A DNA stretch of 38,155 nt from a virus (lineage: Duplodnaviria > Caudoviricetes), in IMG/VR virus record IMGVR_UViG_3300005077_000049, positions 1-38,155 of that record, one strand, 5' to 3'. Shown here one piece after another: positions 27,033 to 36,009 of this stretch. The notes below the pieces were generated by a model. It was not told where the DNA came from and ran no database searches. It saw only the letters and a list, made by a program, of their open reading frames with translations. Each line of letters starts with the position of its first letter. Within the stretch, counting starts at the first letter, position 1. A program made the translations under genes and the position numbers.

Positions 27033-28586
27033 AAAAGACTTCATTTCATATATGAATGCTTCAATTGTTCCAGTTTCGTCGGTGAATGCACCCATGACAT
27101 GACGTTCTGGAACTTTTTCAGGAACTTGATAGATATAATTAAAAGGCTTTTTCCAAACGACCTTCACTTCATTCGGATAAACAATTATTTTATCAAAAAA
27201 AGAGCGGATCACCTGCTCTTTTTCTTTTTTTGTGCCGGAGGAATATATTTCAGGCATCTCACGAAAAGTGTCAATGAGATCACATATTTGAAAAGTCACT
27301 TTTTCATTGTCAACTCTGACAAGTGCCTTTCTTTTTTCCAGCATTGTAATTTCTTGTTTTATATCGCTCATTTTCCCCTTCAAAAGGGAGAGGTCGATTC
27401 CCTCCGTTAGATACAGGTCTAATATTTTTTTATTATCAACTTCTAACTGGTTTATTTTTTTGTTTATTTCCCTTAATTCACATTCCCTGTTTTTGCTTTT
27501 TTCCTGCAATGATTTCGTGACAAGTGCCTTCAGTTCTTCAGTCCACCCTTTTTTCATTTTCAAATTTGCTATGAATTTATCGATCATGTTCCATATTTTT
27601 TCTTGAGTATATGAATATATGTCGCAGTGTTGGTGTGCATAGTACACATGTTTTTCTTTTTTGATTATTCCAGTCAACACTTTATCGCAAAGTCCGCACC
27701 TTAGCAATGCGGAAAAAGAATAATGTCTTGCCTGTTTTCTTTCCCCAACAAAAGATTGTTGCAACCTTAACAGTCGTTCTTGAAATCTGTTTTCTGAAAT
27801 ATAAGGTTCATGTTGCCCTTGATGAATTCCATTGCATACAAATTTTCCTGCATATGTCGGATTGGTAAGAAATTTATGGACTTGCCCTTTTGTCCATTTC
27901 TTCCCTGTAGGACTTTTTATTCCCTTTTGACTTAATTCTTCTACCATTCCAGAAAGGGACAAGTCGCCCAGGTCAAAGCGATCATGAATAAATTGTACAA
28001 TCTCCCTGGTCGAATCTTTTTCATATTCTTTTTTTTCCTTGTTGTATTTATACCCGAATGGCGCAGGTCCTGGGGGAATGCCTTTTTCGATTCTATGTTG
28101 GTATGATCGTTGAACGTCGTGACTGATTTTATCTGATAATTGTTTTGCAACAGCGGTTTCGATTGCAAGGACAAAGCGAGCGTTATGGTTAGACTTTGCA
28201 TTTATGGTCAGATCGTTTTGGTAGAAATGGACATTCAATCCTTGTTCATCTACCATTTTTTCTATTTTGAAAAGGTCAGCATAATTTCTGGACATGCGAT
28301 CAGTGTTCTTAAAAATAATATTTTTCACATCCAATTGAAGAACTAATTCCAGCATTTGATTAAAAACTTTTCTGGAATCTTTTCTTGCCGATTCTGCAAT
28401 AGTAAAAGCATGTACAATTTCCAAGTCTTTTCTTTTTGCGTATTGCTCAGCCTGTTCTTTTTGGTCGTCCAGAGAAAACCCTTTTGTCTGGTCTTCAGTA
28501 CTGACTCGATCGTATGAGAACGCAGGAGTTTTATTTTTTTCATGCGCCCTTTTTATTTTTTTTATTATTTTTTTTATATCCAACAT
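27021..28586 (-). CDS. int: Large serine recombinase (integrase)
   Basis: YDRVSTEDQ, DRMSRN, recombinase domain (PFGY, LTNPTYAG), Zn-ribbon CGLC and coiled coil. Confidence 0.95.
   Translation of the reverse strand: MLDIKKIIKKIKRAHEKNKTPAFSYDRVSTEDQTKGFSLDDQKEQAEQYAKRKDLEIVHAFTIAESARKDSRKVFNQMLELVLQLDVKNIIFKNTDRMSRNYADLFKIEKMVDEQGLNVHFYQNDLTINAKSNHNARFVLAIETAVAKQLSDKISHDVQRSYQHRIEKGIPPGPAPFGYKYNKEKKEYEKDSTREIVQFIHDRFDLGDLSLSGMVEELSQKGIKSPTGKKWTKGQVHKFLTNPTYAGKFVCNGIHQGQHEPYISENRFQERLLRLQQSFVGERKQARHYSFSALLRCGLCDKVLTGIIKKEKHVYYAHQHCDIYSYTQEKIWNMIDKFIANLKMKKGWTEELKALVTKSLQEKSKNRECELREINKKINQLEVDNKKILDLYLTEGIDLSLLKGKMSDIKQEITMLEKRKALVRVDNEKVTFQICDLIDTFREMPEIYSSGTKKEKEQVIRSFFDKIIVYPNEVKVVWKKPFNYIYQVPEKVPERHVMGAFTDETGTIEAFIYEMKSFLIA
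27067..27113. other. Candidate attP site within the 3' end of int
   Basis: 47-bp imperfect inverted repeat GTTCCAG..CGTC / GACG..CTGGAAC. Confidence 0.55.
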
Positions 28587-28614
28587 TTTTTTATCTTATC
28601 AGGTTATTCCCCTA

Positions 28615-28642
28615 TTGACTTTTTGTTTATGTCTTATATACT
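28615..28642 (+). promoter_or_regulatory. Rightward promoter firing antisense into the repressor gene
   Basis: TTGACT-N16-TATACT. Confidence 0.5.
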
Positions 28643-28730
28643 GTCTTTACATAAAGAAAAACTCTCAAGGGGAATTGTTATGGACAAAAAACAAAAACCA
28701 GAAGAAAAATATTCAACCTCAATCAGCCAG

Positions 28731-29099
28731 CTACTTTTGATCCTTTACAGCGTTCATGCCGAGTCTATAAGCTTCAATGACATGTCCGATCGTATCCACG
28801 ATGGTTGCTCTCAGACGGAGAGGCAAGTCCTGGTATAGCTCGAAAATCTGTTTTTCTTCAGAACTAAGAGACATTGATTCCAGATTTATTTTTCCAGCTT
28901 CAATGCTCTGAAAAAAAGCAATAGGAGAAATCCCAATTGCATCGCAAATTTTTTCTATTGTCTCCAAAGAAGGATAATCCCTGGATAAAATCTGTGAAAT
29001 CGTTGCCCTGGTTATGTCCATTTTCTCGGCAAGCCTGGATTGGTTTATGTTTTGTTTTTTAATTAATTTTTTCAGTTCTTGCCCGTAGCTAATTTTCAA
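28731..29099 (-). CDS. CI-like XRE HTH repressor
   Basis: NQSRLAEKMDITRATISQI...PSLETIEKICDAIG; upstream of int; no peptidase domain. Confidence 0.9.
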   Translation of the reverse strand: MKISYGQELKKLIKKQNINQSRLAEKMDITRATISQILSRDYPSLETIEKICDAIGISPIAFFQSIEAGKINLESMSLSSEEKQIFELYQDLPLRLRATIVDTIGHVIEAYRLGMNAVKDQK

Positions 29100-29270
29100 T
29101 TCTTAACCTTCCATTTTTTTATATTAACTAATATAGAATATATATCTTTCTCCAAAAATGACAACAAAAAAAATAAAAAATATCAAAAATATTAAAAAAT
29201 ATGCTTGACAGCTAACATTAATTAGTTAATTTACATACATTAACATAAAAATTAGATCAAAGGCAAACAT
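29100..29270. promoter_or_regulatory. Divergent lysis/lysogeny switch region
   Basis: TTGACA at 29205 with TAATTT at 29227; ATTAACTAAT (29123) and ATTAGTTAAT (29221) are inverted copies. Confidence 0.6.
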
Positions 29271-29408
29271 ATGAAGGAAAAAGACTTGTTCACTCTTCAC
29301 GTCTTTATGAAGGACAAGAAGGAGTTTAAAAAGATAAAAACAAAACTAAAGTTAACAAACGCAGAACTGTTTTCAAAACTTTTGAAAGCTTTCAAGGAGG
29401 CCAAGTGA
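29271..29408 (+). CDS. Small basic DNA-binding protein in the Cro position (RHH-like, 45 aa; not in ORF track)
   Basis: FTLHV strand, then two helices (TNAELFSKLL); first rightward gene. Confidence 0.55.
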   Translation: MKEKDLFTLHVFMKDKKEFKKIKTKLKLTNAELFSKLLKAFKEAK

Positions 29409-29492
29409 ATCCTACAGAGCTTGAAAGAGAGAGGTGGAGAGAAAATATTCTCTCGGCATATTCGGTTTTAAAAAAAATCAAAGGGGGAAAAA

Positions 29493-30074
29493 GTGAAACT
29501 GAACGAAATTCAGCAAAAATTAAAAGCACCCAAAAATCAGTACAATGATTTTGGGAGGTATAAGTATCGGTCTTGTGAAGATATTCTTGAGGCTGTCAAA
29601 CCATTACTGGAAGATTCTGTTCTAACTATCAGTGATGAAATAGTTATGATCGGAAATAGGTTTTATGTTAAAGCAGTTGTAAGATTTCAGGAGCCAGGGG
29701 AAGGGGATTTTAAAACTGTAACTGCTTATGCCAGGGAAGAAGAAAACAAAAAAGGAATGGATGGAGCGCAGATCACTGGTGCGTCTTCCAGCTATGCGAG
29801 GAAATATGCTTTAAATGGGCTATTTCTTATCGATGACACGAAGGATGCAGACTCAACAAATAATGGATCTCAACCTAATCAGCCACCTGCTCAACCTGCA
29901 AAGCCAGCTCGGCCCAAAAATGATAATCCCTGGACAAGTATGCCGGAAAAGGTAAAGGAAATGTTTCGGGCGCAGAATGCAACAAAGGGCCAAATAAAAT
30001 CTTTTTGCGAACAGCTTAATTTTGATTGGGATATCATAAAGCAGGAATTGGAGGCTTTATATGGGACTAACTAA
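29493..30074 (+). CDS. erf: ERF-family single-strand annealing protein
   Basis: LKAPKNQYN.FG.YKYRSCEDILEAVKP; QITGASSSYARKYALNGLF.IDD. Confidence 0.93.
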   Translation: MKLNEIQQKLKAPKNQYNDFGRYKYRSCEDILEAVKPLLEDSVLTISDEIVMIGNRFYVKAVVRFQEPGEGDFKTVTAYAREEENKKGMDGAQITGASSSYARKYALNGLFLIDDTKDADSTNNGSQPNQPPAQPAKPARPKNDNPWTSMPEKVKEMFRAQNATKGQIKSFCEQLNFDWDIIKQELEALYGTN

Positions 30075-30927
30075 TAAGTGGAATATTCCAGCCCCTATAG
30101 TCAGAGCGATTGAAAATGATGATTACGACAGGGGAGATTCTGATATTTCTGTTACGCAGTTGATTGATGCTCCACTTCAAAGATACCTCAAGGAAAAACA
30201 CAAGGACGAGATAATTGAGGATGCTTCAGACAAGATTTATGCACTCATGGGAAAAGGTATGCACCAAATTTTAGAAAATGCAGGGACCAGATATAATGAA
30301 ATAGCGGAGGAAAGATTTTTCACAATGATAGAAGACATTGTTTTGTCTGGCCAGATTGACTTCATGTACTGGGACAATGACGGATGGATTATTCAAGACT
30401 ATAAATGGATGTCCGTCTGGGAATGGATATATGGAATCAAGCAAAACAAGGTGGAGCAATTAAATTGCCTTGCTTATCTCGCCAGGAAGAACTTTCTTTT
30501 AGTAAAAGGTATTGAAGTTGTTATGCTCTTCAGGGACTGGTCAAAAACAAAATCCGAAAGGGAAAGTAATTATCCGAAAACTCAAGTTATAGTTTTCCCA
30601 GTCGAATTATGGTCACAGGAAAAACAAAAGGAATATGTTCGAAAAAGAGTAAGTCTCCATTTCAGGGAGGAAGTCGGGTGTTGCACGCCAGAGGAAAGAT
30701 GGCAGACTGAAACAAAATATGCAGTCATGAAAGAAGGTAGAAAAACTGCCTTGAAAGTAGCAGAGGATTTAAAGTCTGCAATGCAATACATCGAAGATGC
30801 GGTAAAGCCGATAGAAAGGCCTAGATGCTTCATAGAAGAACGTCCAGGAGCCTCAATCAGGTGCGAGAGTTACTGTATCGTAAAAAAATTCTGTCCTTAT
30901 CTGAAGGAGGTAAGTGATGCCGAATGA
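30061..30927 (+). CDS. PD-(D/E)XK Cas4-like exonuclease
   Basis: G..MH..LE, SGQID, DYK, QLN..A, C-terminal RC..YC....FC. Confidence 0.8.
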   Translation: MGLTNKWNIPAPIVRAIENDDYDRGDSDISVTQLIDAPLQRYLKEKHKDEIIEDASDKIYALMGKGMHQILENAGTRYNEIAEERFFTMIEDIVLSGQIDFMYWDNDGWIIQDYKWMSVWEWIYGIKQNKVEQLNCLAYLARKNFLLVKGIEVVMLFRDWSKTKSERESNYPKTQVIVFPVELWSQEKQKEYVRKRVSLHFREEVGCCTPEERWQTETKYAVMKEGRKTALKVAEDLKSAMQYIEDAVKPIERPRCFIEERPGASIRCESYCIVKKFCPYLKEVSDAE

Positions 30928-31324
30928 TTTAAATCGATTTATGGTGATTGGGCGGTTGATTAGAGATCCCGAAATAAGATATACTGCAAATGGTACGTCT
31001 GTGACAAATTTTTCAATTGCGAACAATAGGTCATACACGCAGGGAGGAAACAAGAAAGAAGAAACTTCTTTCTTTAACTGCACAGCATGGTCAAAACTCG
31101 GCGAGCTTATAACTCAATATTGCCAAAAGGGCAGCAAAGTCGCTATTGAGGGACGACTTCAACAGAGAAGTTGGGATGCCCAGGACGGGAGCAAAAGAAC
31201 AGCGATTGAAGTCGTTGTGGAAAACGTGCAGTTTTTGTCCCAAAATCCGGAGAGAGGTTCGGCAGGCAGTTATGTCCCTTTTCCAGAAGAGAGTCCTTTT
31301 TCAGATGACGATATTCCTTTCTAA
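30914..31324 (+). CDS. ssb: Single-stranded DNA-binding protein
   Basis: GRL.RDPE.RYT, IEGRLQ.RSW, acidic DDDIPF tail. Confidence 0.96.
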   Translation: MMPNDLNRFMVIGRLIRDPEIRYTANGTSVTNFSIANNRSYTQGGNKKEETSFFNCTAWSKLGELITQYCQKGSKVAIEGRLQQRSWDAQDGSKRTAIEVVVENVQFLSQNPERGSAGSYVPFPEESPFSDDDIPF

Positions 31325-31337
31325 TCGAGGTGAGGGC

Positions 31338-31586
31338 ATGGATGGATTAAAGAAAATAATAAACGAGACTTTGGTTCGAGCAAGGGGAATACGAGAGGGA
31401 AGGTATAGTGGCAGAGGATATACTGTCTGTTGTATTCGATGCAAGGAAAGAATAGTTAAAGAAAATGCGAAAAGAATCATCTATGAAACAGAGGCAAACA
31501 AAAAGAAAAGAGTGCAGTACAGATATTATTGCCCTTCCTGTTGGGTAAAATTTACTCCGTACAAGGTGGCCAAGTGTGAGTGCTAA
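31338..31586 (+). CDS. Zn-binding hypothetical protein (start 31338)
   Basis: GAGG SD; CIRC...CPSC. Confidence 0.6.
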   Translation: MDGLKKIINETLVRARGIREGRYSGRGYTVCCIRCKERIVKENAKRIIYETEANKKKRVQYRYYCPSCWVKFTPYKVAKCEC

Positions 31587-32211
31587 TAGAAAATATTTTT
31601 ATCTAAAACTCAAAGAGGATTTTTTCGATGGCGAAGAGCTTGTTGTTTTGCAGGCCGAGCCGGACGGATATTTGTACTCCGATATATTGCTGAAAATGTA
31701 TTTAAGAAGTTTGAAATATAAAGGAGAATTGTTGATTGCAAATTTAATCCCCTATAACGCCAAAACTCTTGCGAAAGTACTCCGGCATAATGTTGGAGTG
31801 GTCGAGAAAGCTGTAAACATGTTTCAGCAATTGGGACTGGTTGAAGTCCTGGACAATGGAGCAATCTTTATGAAGCAGATGCAACAGTTTATAGGGAAGT
31901 CCAGCACTGAAGCGGAGAGGCAAAAGATTTATCGAAAAAATAATCGAGAAAATCGCAAAGCAATACCGAGGCAATCGAAAAAATTTCTTCCTCCAACCCT
32001 TGACGAAGTAAAAGCTTATATCTCAGAAAAAAGTCTAAATAATGTTAATCCGGAATCCTTCTTTGAATATTTCAGTGAAGGGGATTGGTATGACGCCAAT
32101 GGTAAAAAAGTTGCTAACTGGAAACAAAAGATTTTAACCTGGGATAAATTTCAAAACAAAAAAAACAATAGAGAAGAAAGTTATGAAGATTATTTACGAG
32201 GTAAGAAATGA
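31576..32211 (+). CDS. Phage replisome organiser/replication initiator
   Basis: YFYLKLKEDFF...Y..ILLKMYL.SL N-terminal domain; F.PPTL.EV...W....NWK C-terminal domain. Confidence 0.85.
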   Translation: MSANRKYFYLKLKEDFFDGEELVVLQAEPDGYLYSDILLKMYLRSLKYKGELLIANLIPYNAKTLAKVLRHNVGVVEKAVNMFQQLGLVEVLDNGAIFMKQMQQFIGKSSTEAERQKIYRKNNRENRKAIPRQSKKFLPPTLDEVKAYISEKSLNNVNPESFFEYFSEGDWYDANGKKVANWKQKILTWDKFQNKKNNREESYEDYLRGKK

Positions 32212-32732
32212 ATAAGCAGGAATTTATTTCAAAACTTTCAAAGCTGTACAAAGAGGGGAACTCTGTAAAGTACGAGTTGTTGGAAGAGTGGATTGACCGG
32301 CTAAATCTCAAGGATTTTCAATTGCAAATACTTTTCGAGGAATTTACAGAAAAATATAAATACAAAGTGTTTCCTACCCTTGCGGAAATCGTTGAGGCAT
32401 GGGAAGGGAAAAGAAATTCCCTTCCAGGAGATTACAAGAATGAAGTTTTTGCCGAAATTCAAAAACAACGAGAGCAATCCAAAGAAGAGACTCCGGAGAT
32501 CATTCTTAGAAAATGCCGGCTTCTCCGCAAAAAGAATCAGGATGGAATCCCACTAAATTCTTTAGAAATGGATTATCTTTACCAATGGGACGATTTATTG
32601 TCAGAAGTTTCAATTGCTAAAGATAAAAAATTGCCTCCAACGGATATAGGGATGCGAGCAGCAGAAGTAAAAAATTGCATTGCGAGGCACAAGAAGATAG
32701 TTCGTATCGGAGAAGTTTTGAATGGCATCTAA
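32208..32732 (+). CDS. Putative helicase loader/replication partner
   Basis: FPTLAEI motif; directly after the initiator. Confidence 0.5.
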   Translation: MNKQEFISKLSKLYKEGNSVKYELLEEWIDRLNLKDFQLQILFEEFTEKYKYKVFPTLAEIVEAWEGKRNSLPGDYKNEVFAEIQKQREQSKEETPEIILRKCRLLRKKNQDGIPLNSLEMDYLYQWDDLLSEVSIAKDKKLPPTDIGMRAAEVKNCIARHKKIVRIGEVLNGI

Positions 32733-32922
32733 AACTCAAAGTCAAAGATTGCGAGCTGTTATATTCAGATTATGGGAGAAGGATAACAGAGGAAGGGATT
32801 CTGAAGAGTTTTATAAATGGTACATGGAGTCAATCATAAGCGTACTTAAAAGGCAATTAGAGGCTGATCATGAAGCAGGAAAAGTTTTCAGAGGAAACGA
32901 TTCGAGAGATACTGGACTTTGA
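32722..32922 (+). CDS. Hypothetical phage protein
   Basis: KT.SQRLRAV.FRLW...FY...ME.II motif. Confidence 0.6.
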   Translation: MASKTQSQRLRAVIFRLWEKDNRGRDSEEFYKWYMESIISVLKRQLEADHEAGKVFRGNDSRDTGL

Positions 32923-33008
32923 TATAGTCTTTATCGGAAACAATGAATGTTTTTATGGGAGAGAACAGTTTATTTCTCTTCTAAAAAAGAAAGGATGGGT
33001 AAAAGGTT

Positions 33009-33389
33009 ATGTTAAAGAAAATATTTCTAAAAGCAAAAGAGGAAAAAAGAAAAAAGGATGAGATATTTATTCGAGGTTATGAAAAAGCAGAAGAAGATAT
33101 GAACAGGAGAATCAAGGGTATTCTTTTAAAACATTCGTATGCAATTAAACAGAAAAATTTAGAGATTGAAAGGCATAAAAAAAGAATAAAGAAAATAAAA
33201 ACAGAAAACTTCAAAAATCTCGATGTGATTTTCCGGATGAAAAGCTTAATGCAAAAAATACAAGAAGACTCTTATGTCAAAAGTATGGTCCAGCTTGAAA
33301 ATCAAAAGAGAATAGAAAGCTATCTGCATGAATTTGAATTGTCTGAAACAAAAATGTCTCGGAACTGTGACAAAATGGGCGAGCTATGA
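33009..33389 (+). CDS. Hypothetical coiled-coil protein
   Basis: ORF in operon. Confidence 0.55.
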   Translation: MLKKIFLKAKEEKRKKDEIFIRGYEKAEEDMNRRIKGILLKHSYAIKQKNLEIERHKKRIKKIKTENFKNLDVIFRMKSLMQKIQEDSYVKSMVQLENQKRIESYLHEFELSETKMSRNCDKMGEL

Positions 33390-33634
33390 AGCTAATTCCA
33401 TGTGAAATATATAGCCGAGTGGTCGGATACATGCGCCCAATAAGTCAGTGGAACAAGGGGAAGAGGGAAGAGTTTAGATTGCGAAAAACTTTTAAGATAG
33501 GAGCACACAATGGAAAAAATGACAGTAAATCAATTCATAAAAATATACAACGAGATGATCGAGAAATTGGAACCAGGGGAATATCGGAGTCTCAAAGAGG
33601 CCATCAAGAAAGCGAAGGAAATAGGATTGATTAA
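33386..33634 (+). CDS. Stand-alone NrdD C-terminal (glycyl-radical loop)-like peptide
   Basis: CEIYSRVVGYMRPISQWNKGKREEF..R. Confidence 0.8.
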   Translation: MKLIPCEIYSRVVGYMRPISQWNKGKREEFRLRKTFKIGAHNGKNDSKSIHKNIQRDDREIGTRGISESQRGHQESEGNRID

Positions 33635-33662
33635 AAGAAAATTTATTTTTTGGAGATAAATT

Positions 33663-33851
33663 ATGTGCATAACAATAGTGTATTCGGTGAAAAGAGTTCG
33701 GTGCAGTATATGCCAAGAAATAATCGACATAGACAATAACGACTGGGAAGATCAAACAATATTCAGTAGCGATTGTGGATGTCGTCGATTAAAAACTATG
33801 GTCGTGCAAGAGCCTATCTGTAAATATTCAACTTGCGATTATTGCAAATGA
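33663..33851 (+). CDS. Cys-rich small protein
   Basis: Multiple CxxC/CxC motifs. Confidence 0.5.
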   Translation: MCITIVYSVKRVRCSICQEIIDIDNNDWEDQTIFSSDCGCRRLKTMVVQEPICKYSTCDYCK

Positions 33852-33923
33852 AACAAGAAACAGAAATGCTAGAGGCATGGAAAAAGGTAAGGGAAATTGC
33901 GGACAAAAACATAAGGATGTTAT

Positions 33924-34355
33924 ATGAAGAAAAAAACGAAAACAAAAAAGAAATCGACTACAATAAGTTTCCCTGTCCATATTAAGAGAAAAAAATTAAA
34001 AAAGCAATTGGACGATATTTTTTCCCTGTATATAAGAGAAAGAGATAACTATACTTGTATCACATGCGGAGTAACCAGGGAAACAAAAGTGATACAGTGT
34101 GGACATCTTTTTAGTAGAACTAAAAATTCTACAAGATGGGAAGAGAAGAATGCTCATGCGCAATGCGAAGGATGTAATAAAGCACATACTATACACTGGG
34201 AAAAGTATCGAAGAAAATGGATCGAGATACATGGGAAAGAGCAATATGAGTTATTATATGCGAAGTATTGCCAAGAGAAAACATTCACAGTAAGAGACTT
34301 AGAAATTGTAATTCAATATTACAAAAACAAATTGAGCATATTAAAGGGGGAGTAG
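33924..34355 (+). CDS. ninG: NinG/Rap-like junction endonuclease
   Basis: FS.YIR.RD..CITCG...CGH..SR....TRW...N..AQC..CN. Confidence 0.85.
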   Translation: MKKKTKTKKKSTTISFPVHIKRKKLKKQLDDIFSLYIRERDNYTCITCGVTRETKVIQCGHLFSRTKNSTRWEEKNAHAQCEGCNKAHTIHWEKYRRKWIEIHGKEQYELLYAKYCQEKTFTVRDLEIVIQYYKNKLSILKGE

Positions 34356-34359
34356 CAAG

Positions 34360-35004
34360 ATGAAAAAAGATTTATTTATGATCGAGTTAGAGTATACTGT
34401 CAAATGCACCAGGGATCAGATGGAAATGTTAAAAAAATACACACCGGTTACATTAAAAACAGAAGATGAAATGAATGAATACTCTGATGAATATAAAAAC
34501 ATGGCAAAAGAAGAGCAGAAAAAGTTTCGGGAAAGAAAATTGGAGGAATACATGGATGCTTTTAATGAAGGTCGGGCCGTAGAAGTGAATTCGCCCGAAA
34601 GAAGGTTTCCTGTAGATTTAAATTTATTTGCCAATGATTGTTCTTTTGTAAGGTTCACTGTAACTGGAAAAACTCAAGTGTCTGTAAGCGTAAATATTGA
34701 AGACCTTAACGAAGTTATAGAAAAGTTTGAGGAACTGGTAAACAAAATTCCAGAAACAACCTTCGACACAAAAGCGGATGTTCATATCGGAAGAAGTCTT
34801 TTAATGACTGTGAATGATTTACTTTTGCTAGAAGATTGTGGCACAGATATTGTCCAGGAAAATCTCAATAATGGGTGGAGAATAATTTCGTGTTGTGTCC
34901 AGCCGGACGGTAGAAGACCCGATTACATAATGGGCCGATATAATCCTGTTAAAGATATTGGAAAGGATGGAACTATGGCCCGCAGGGAAAAAGATTTAAG
35001 GTAG
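34360..35004 (+). CDS. Conserved phage hypothetical protein
   Basis: C-terminal EDC.TD..Q..L..GWRII..C.QPD.RRPDYI.GR. Confidence 0.65.
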   Translation: MKKDLFMIELEYTVKCTRDQMEMLKKYTPVTLKTEDEMNEYSDEYKNMAKEEQKKFRERKLEEYMDAFNEGRAVEVNSPERRFPVDLNLFANDCSFVRFTVTGKTQVSVSVNIEDLNEVIEKFEELVNKIPETTFDTKADVHIGRSLLMTVNDLLLLEDCGTDIVQENLNNGWRIISCCVQPDGRRPDYIMGRYNPVKDIGKDGTMARREKDLR

Positions 35005-35008
35005 AAAC

Positions 35009-35215
35009 ATGAAAAATTTTTTAATACTTTTATTGCTGATTGTCGGTTGCACAGAATATGACCCTTGCACAAGAGATGTTTTTTCGTGTGACGAAGACTT
35101 AGTTGTCGAATACAAGTCTTGTCATGAGTCAGGAGGACTGACTTATTATTGGACCGCAAAAGGCGAAACCTTTGATAGTTTTTTTGAAATGTATGACTTT
35201 TTTTGTGGAGAATAA
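35009..35215 (+). CDS. Small lipoprotein
   Basis: MKNFLILLLLIVGC lipobox. Confidence 0.7.
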   Translation: MKNFLILLLLIVGCTEYDPCTRDVFSCDEDLVVEYKSCHESGGLTYYWTAKGETFDSFFEMYDFFCGE

Positions 35216-35222
35216 AGCTTTG

Positions 35223-35285
35223 CCCAGGGTGGTGGATTTAGCTAGTCCACCTGGTTGACGGTAGGTTCGAGTCCTGCCCCTGGGA
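35223..35285 (+). ncRNA. tRNA-like RNA (acceptor stem and T arm, non-canonical D/anticodon part)
   Basis: CCCAGGG/CCCTGGG stem; GTAGG-TTCGAGT-CCTGC T arm; single GGTGGATT/AGTCCACC hairpin between. Confidence 0.6.
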
Positions 35286-35338
35286 ATGCCTGTAGGCGAG
35301 ATCGGCACGCCACATTTTACGGAAAATTGAGTTACTAG

Positions 35339-35370
35339 TCCCACCTGGGATGATGCTCTTCCAGGTGGGA
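35339..35370. other. Strong hairpin
   Basis: TCCCACCTGG...CCAGGTGGGA perfect 10-bp stem. Confidence 0.7.
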
Positions 35371-35736
35371 TACCTTTTAAAAGAATGAAAGAACAAAAGT
35401 GTGAATGGCGAATTAGAAAAAATTTCTTTGAGACATTATGCGGACAACTTTATTACCAAAAAGAAGAAAGATGTCCTTATTGCAAAAGGGAGGTAGAAAT
35501 CAGATGAGTCAAAAACAGGTGAAGAGATACAGGCGAATGATTATCCGGACCCAGGACAAGATGATAAAAAAATTTATCGAGAAAGTGTATGAATATAGTT
35601 TTTGGGAAAGACTAAAATTTGCATGGATTTATTGTTAAAGGGAGAAGATAAATGTATACAGAAGGGAGACTAATACAATGCTCTAAGTGCGGAGCCATTT
35701 ATCGGATGCGTTCCAGGAAAAGAACAGGAGAAAAAA

Positions 35737-36009
35737 ATGATAAATAGAAACCTTTTTTTAAAAGCAATAGCCACTTATTCAAGAGATGTTCAAAAGATTA
35801 TAGCGATCGAAGAATTGGCAGAACTGCAACATGCTTTGTGTAAAAGTTTTAGAGAAAACAATCCCCTTCAAGTGGAAGAAGAAATCGGGGATGTTATAAT
35901 CATGATAGAACAATTGAAAATAATTTACAATGAAGCAAGCATAAATAATTTTATTAAGAAAAAAATGGAAAGACTTGAGAAGATGTTAGACGGGAGTAGC
36001 AGGCCATGA
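35737..36009 (+). CDS. MazG-like NTP pyrophosphohydrolase
   Basis: IEELAEL...EEIGDV.I...QL. Confidence 0.8.
   Translation: MINRNLFLKAIATYSRDVQKIIAIEELAELQHALCKSFRENNPLQVEEEIGDVIIMIEQLKIIYNEASINNFIKKKMERLEKMLDGSSRP

Noticed and set aside
30061-30927. CRISPR-associated cas4
   Set aside because: Sits between erf and ssb as a recombination exonuclease; no other cas genes
35286-35340. Theta (HDV-like) ribozyme after the tRNA-like element
   Set aside because: Could not build the nested P1/P2/P3 pseudoknot or the L3 motif by eye
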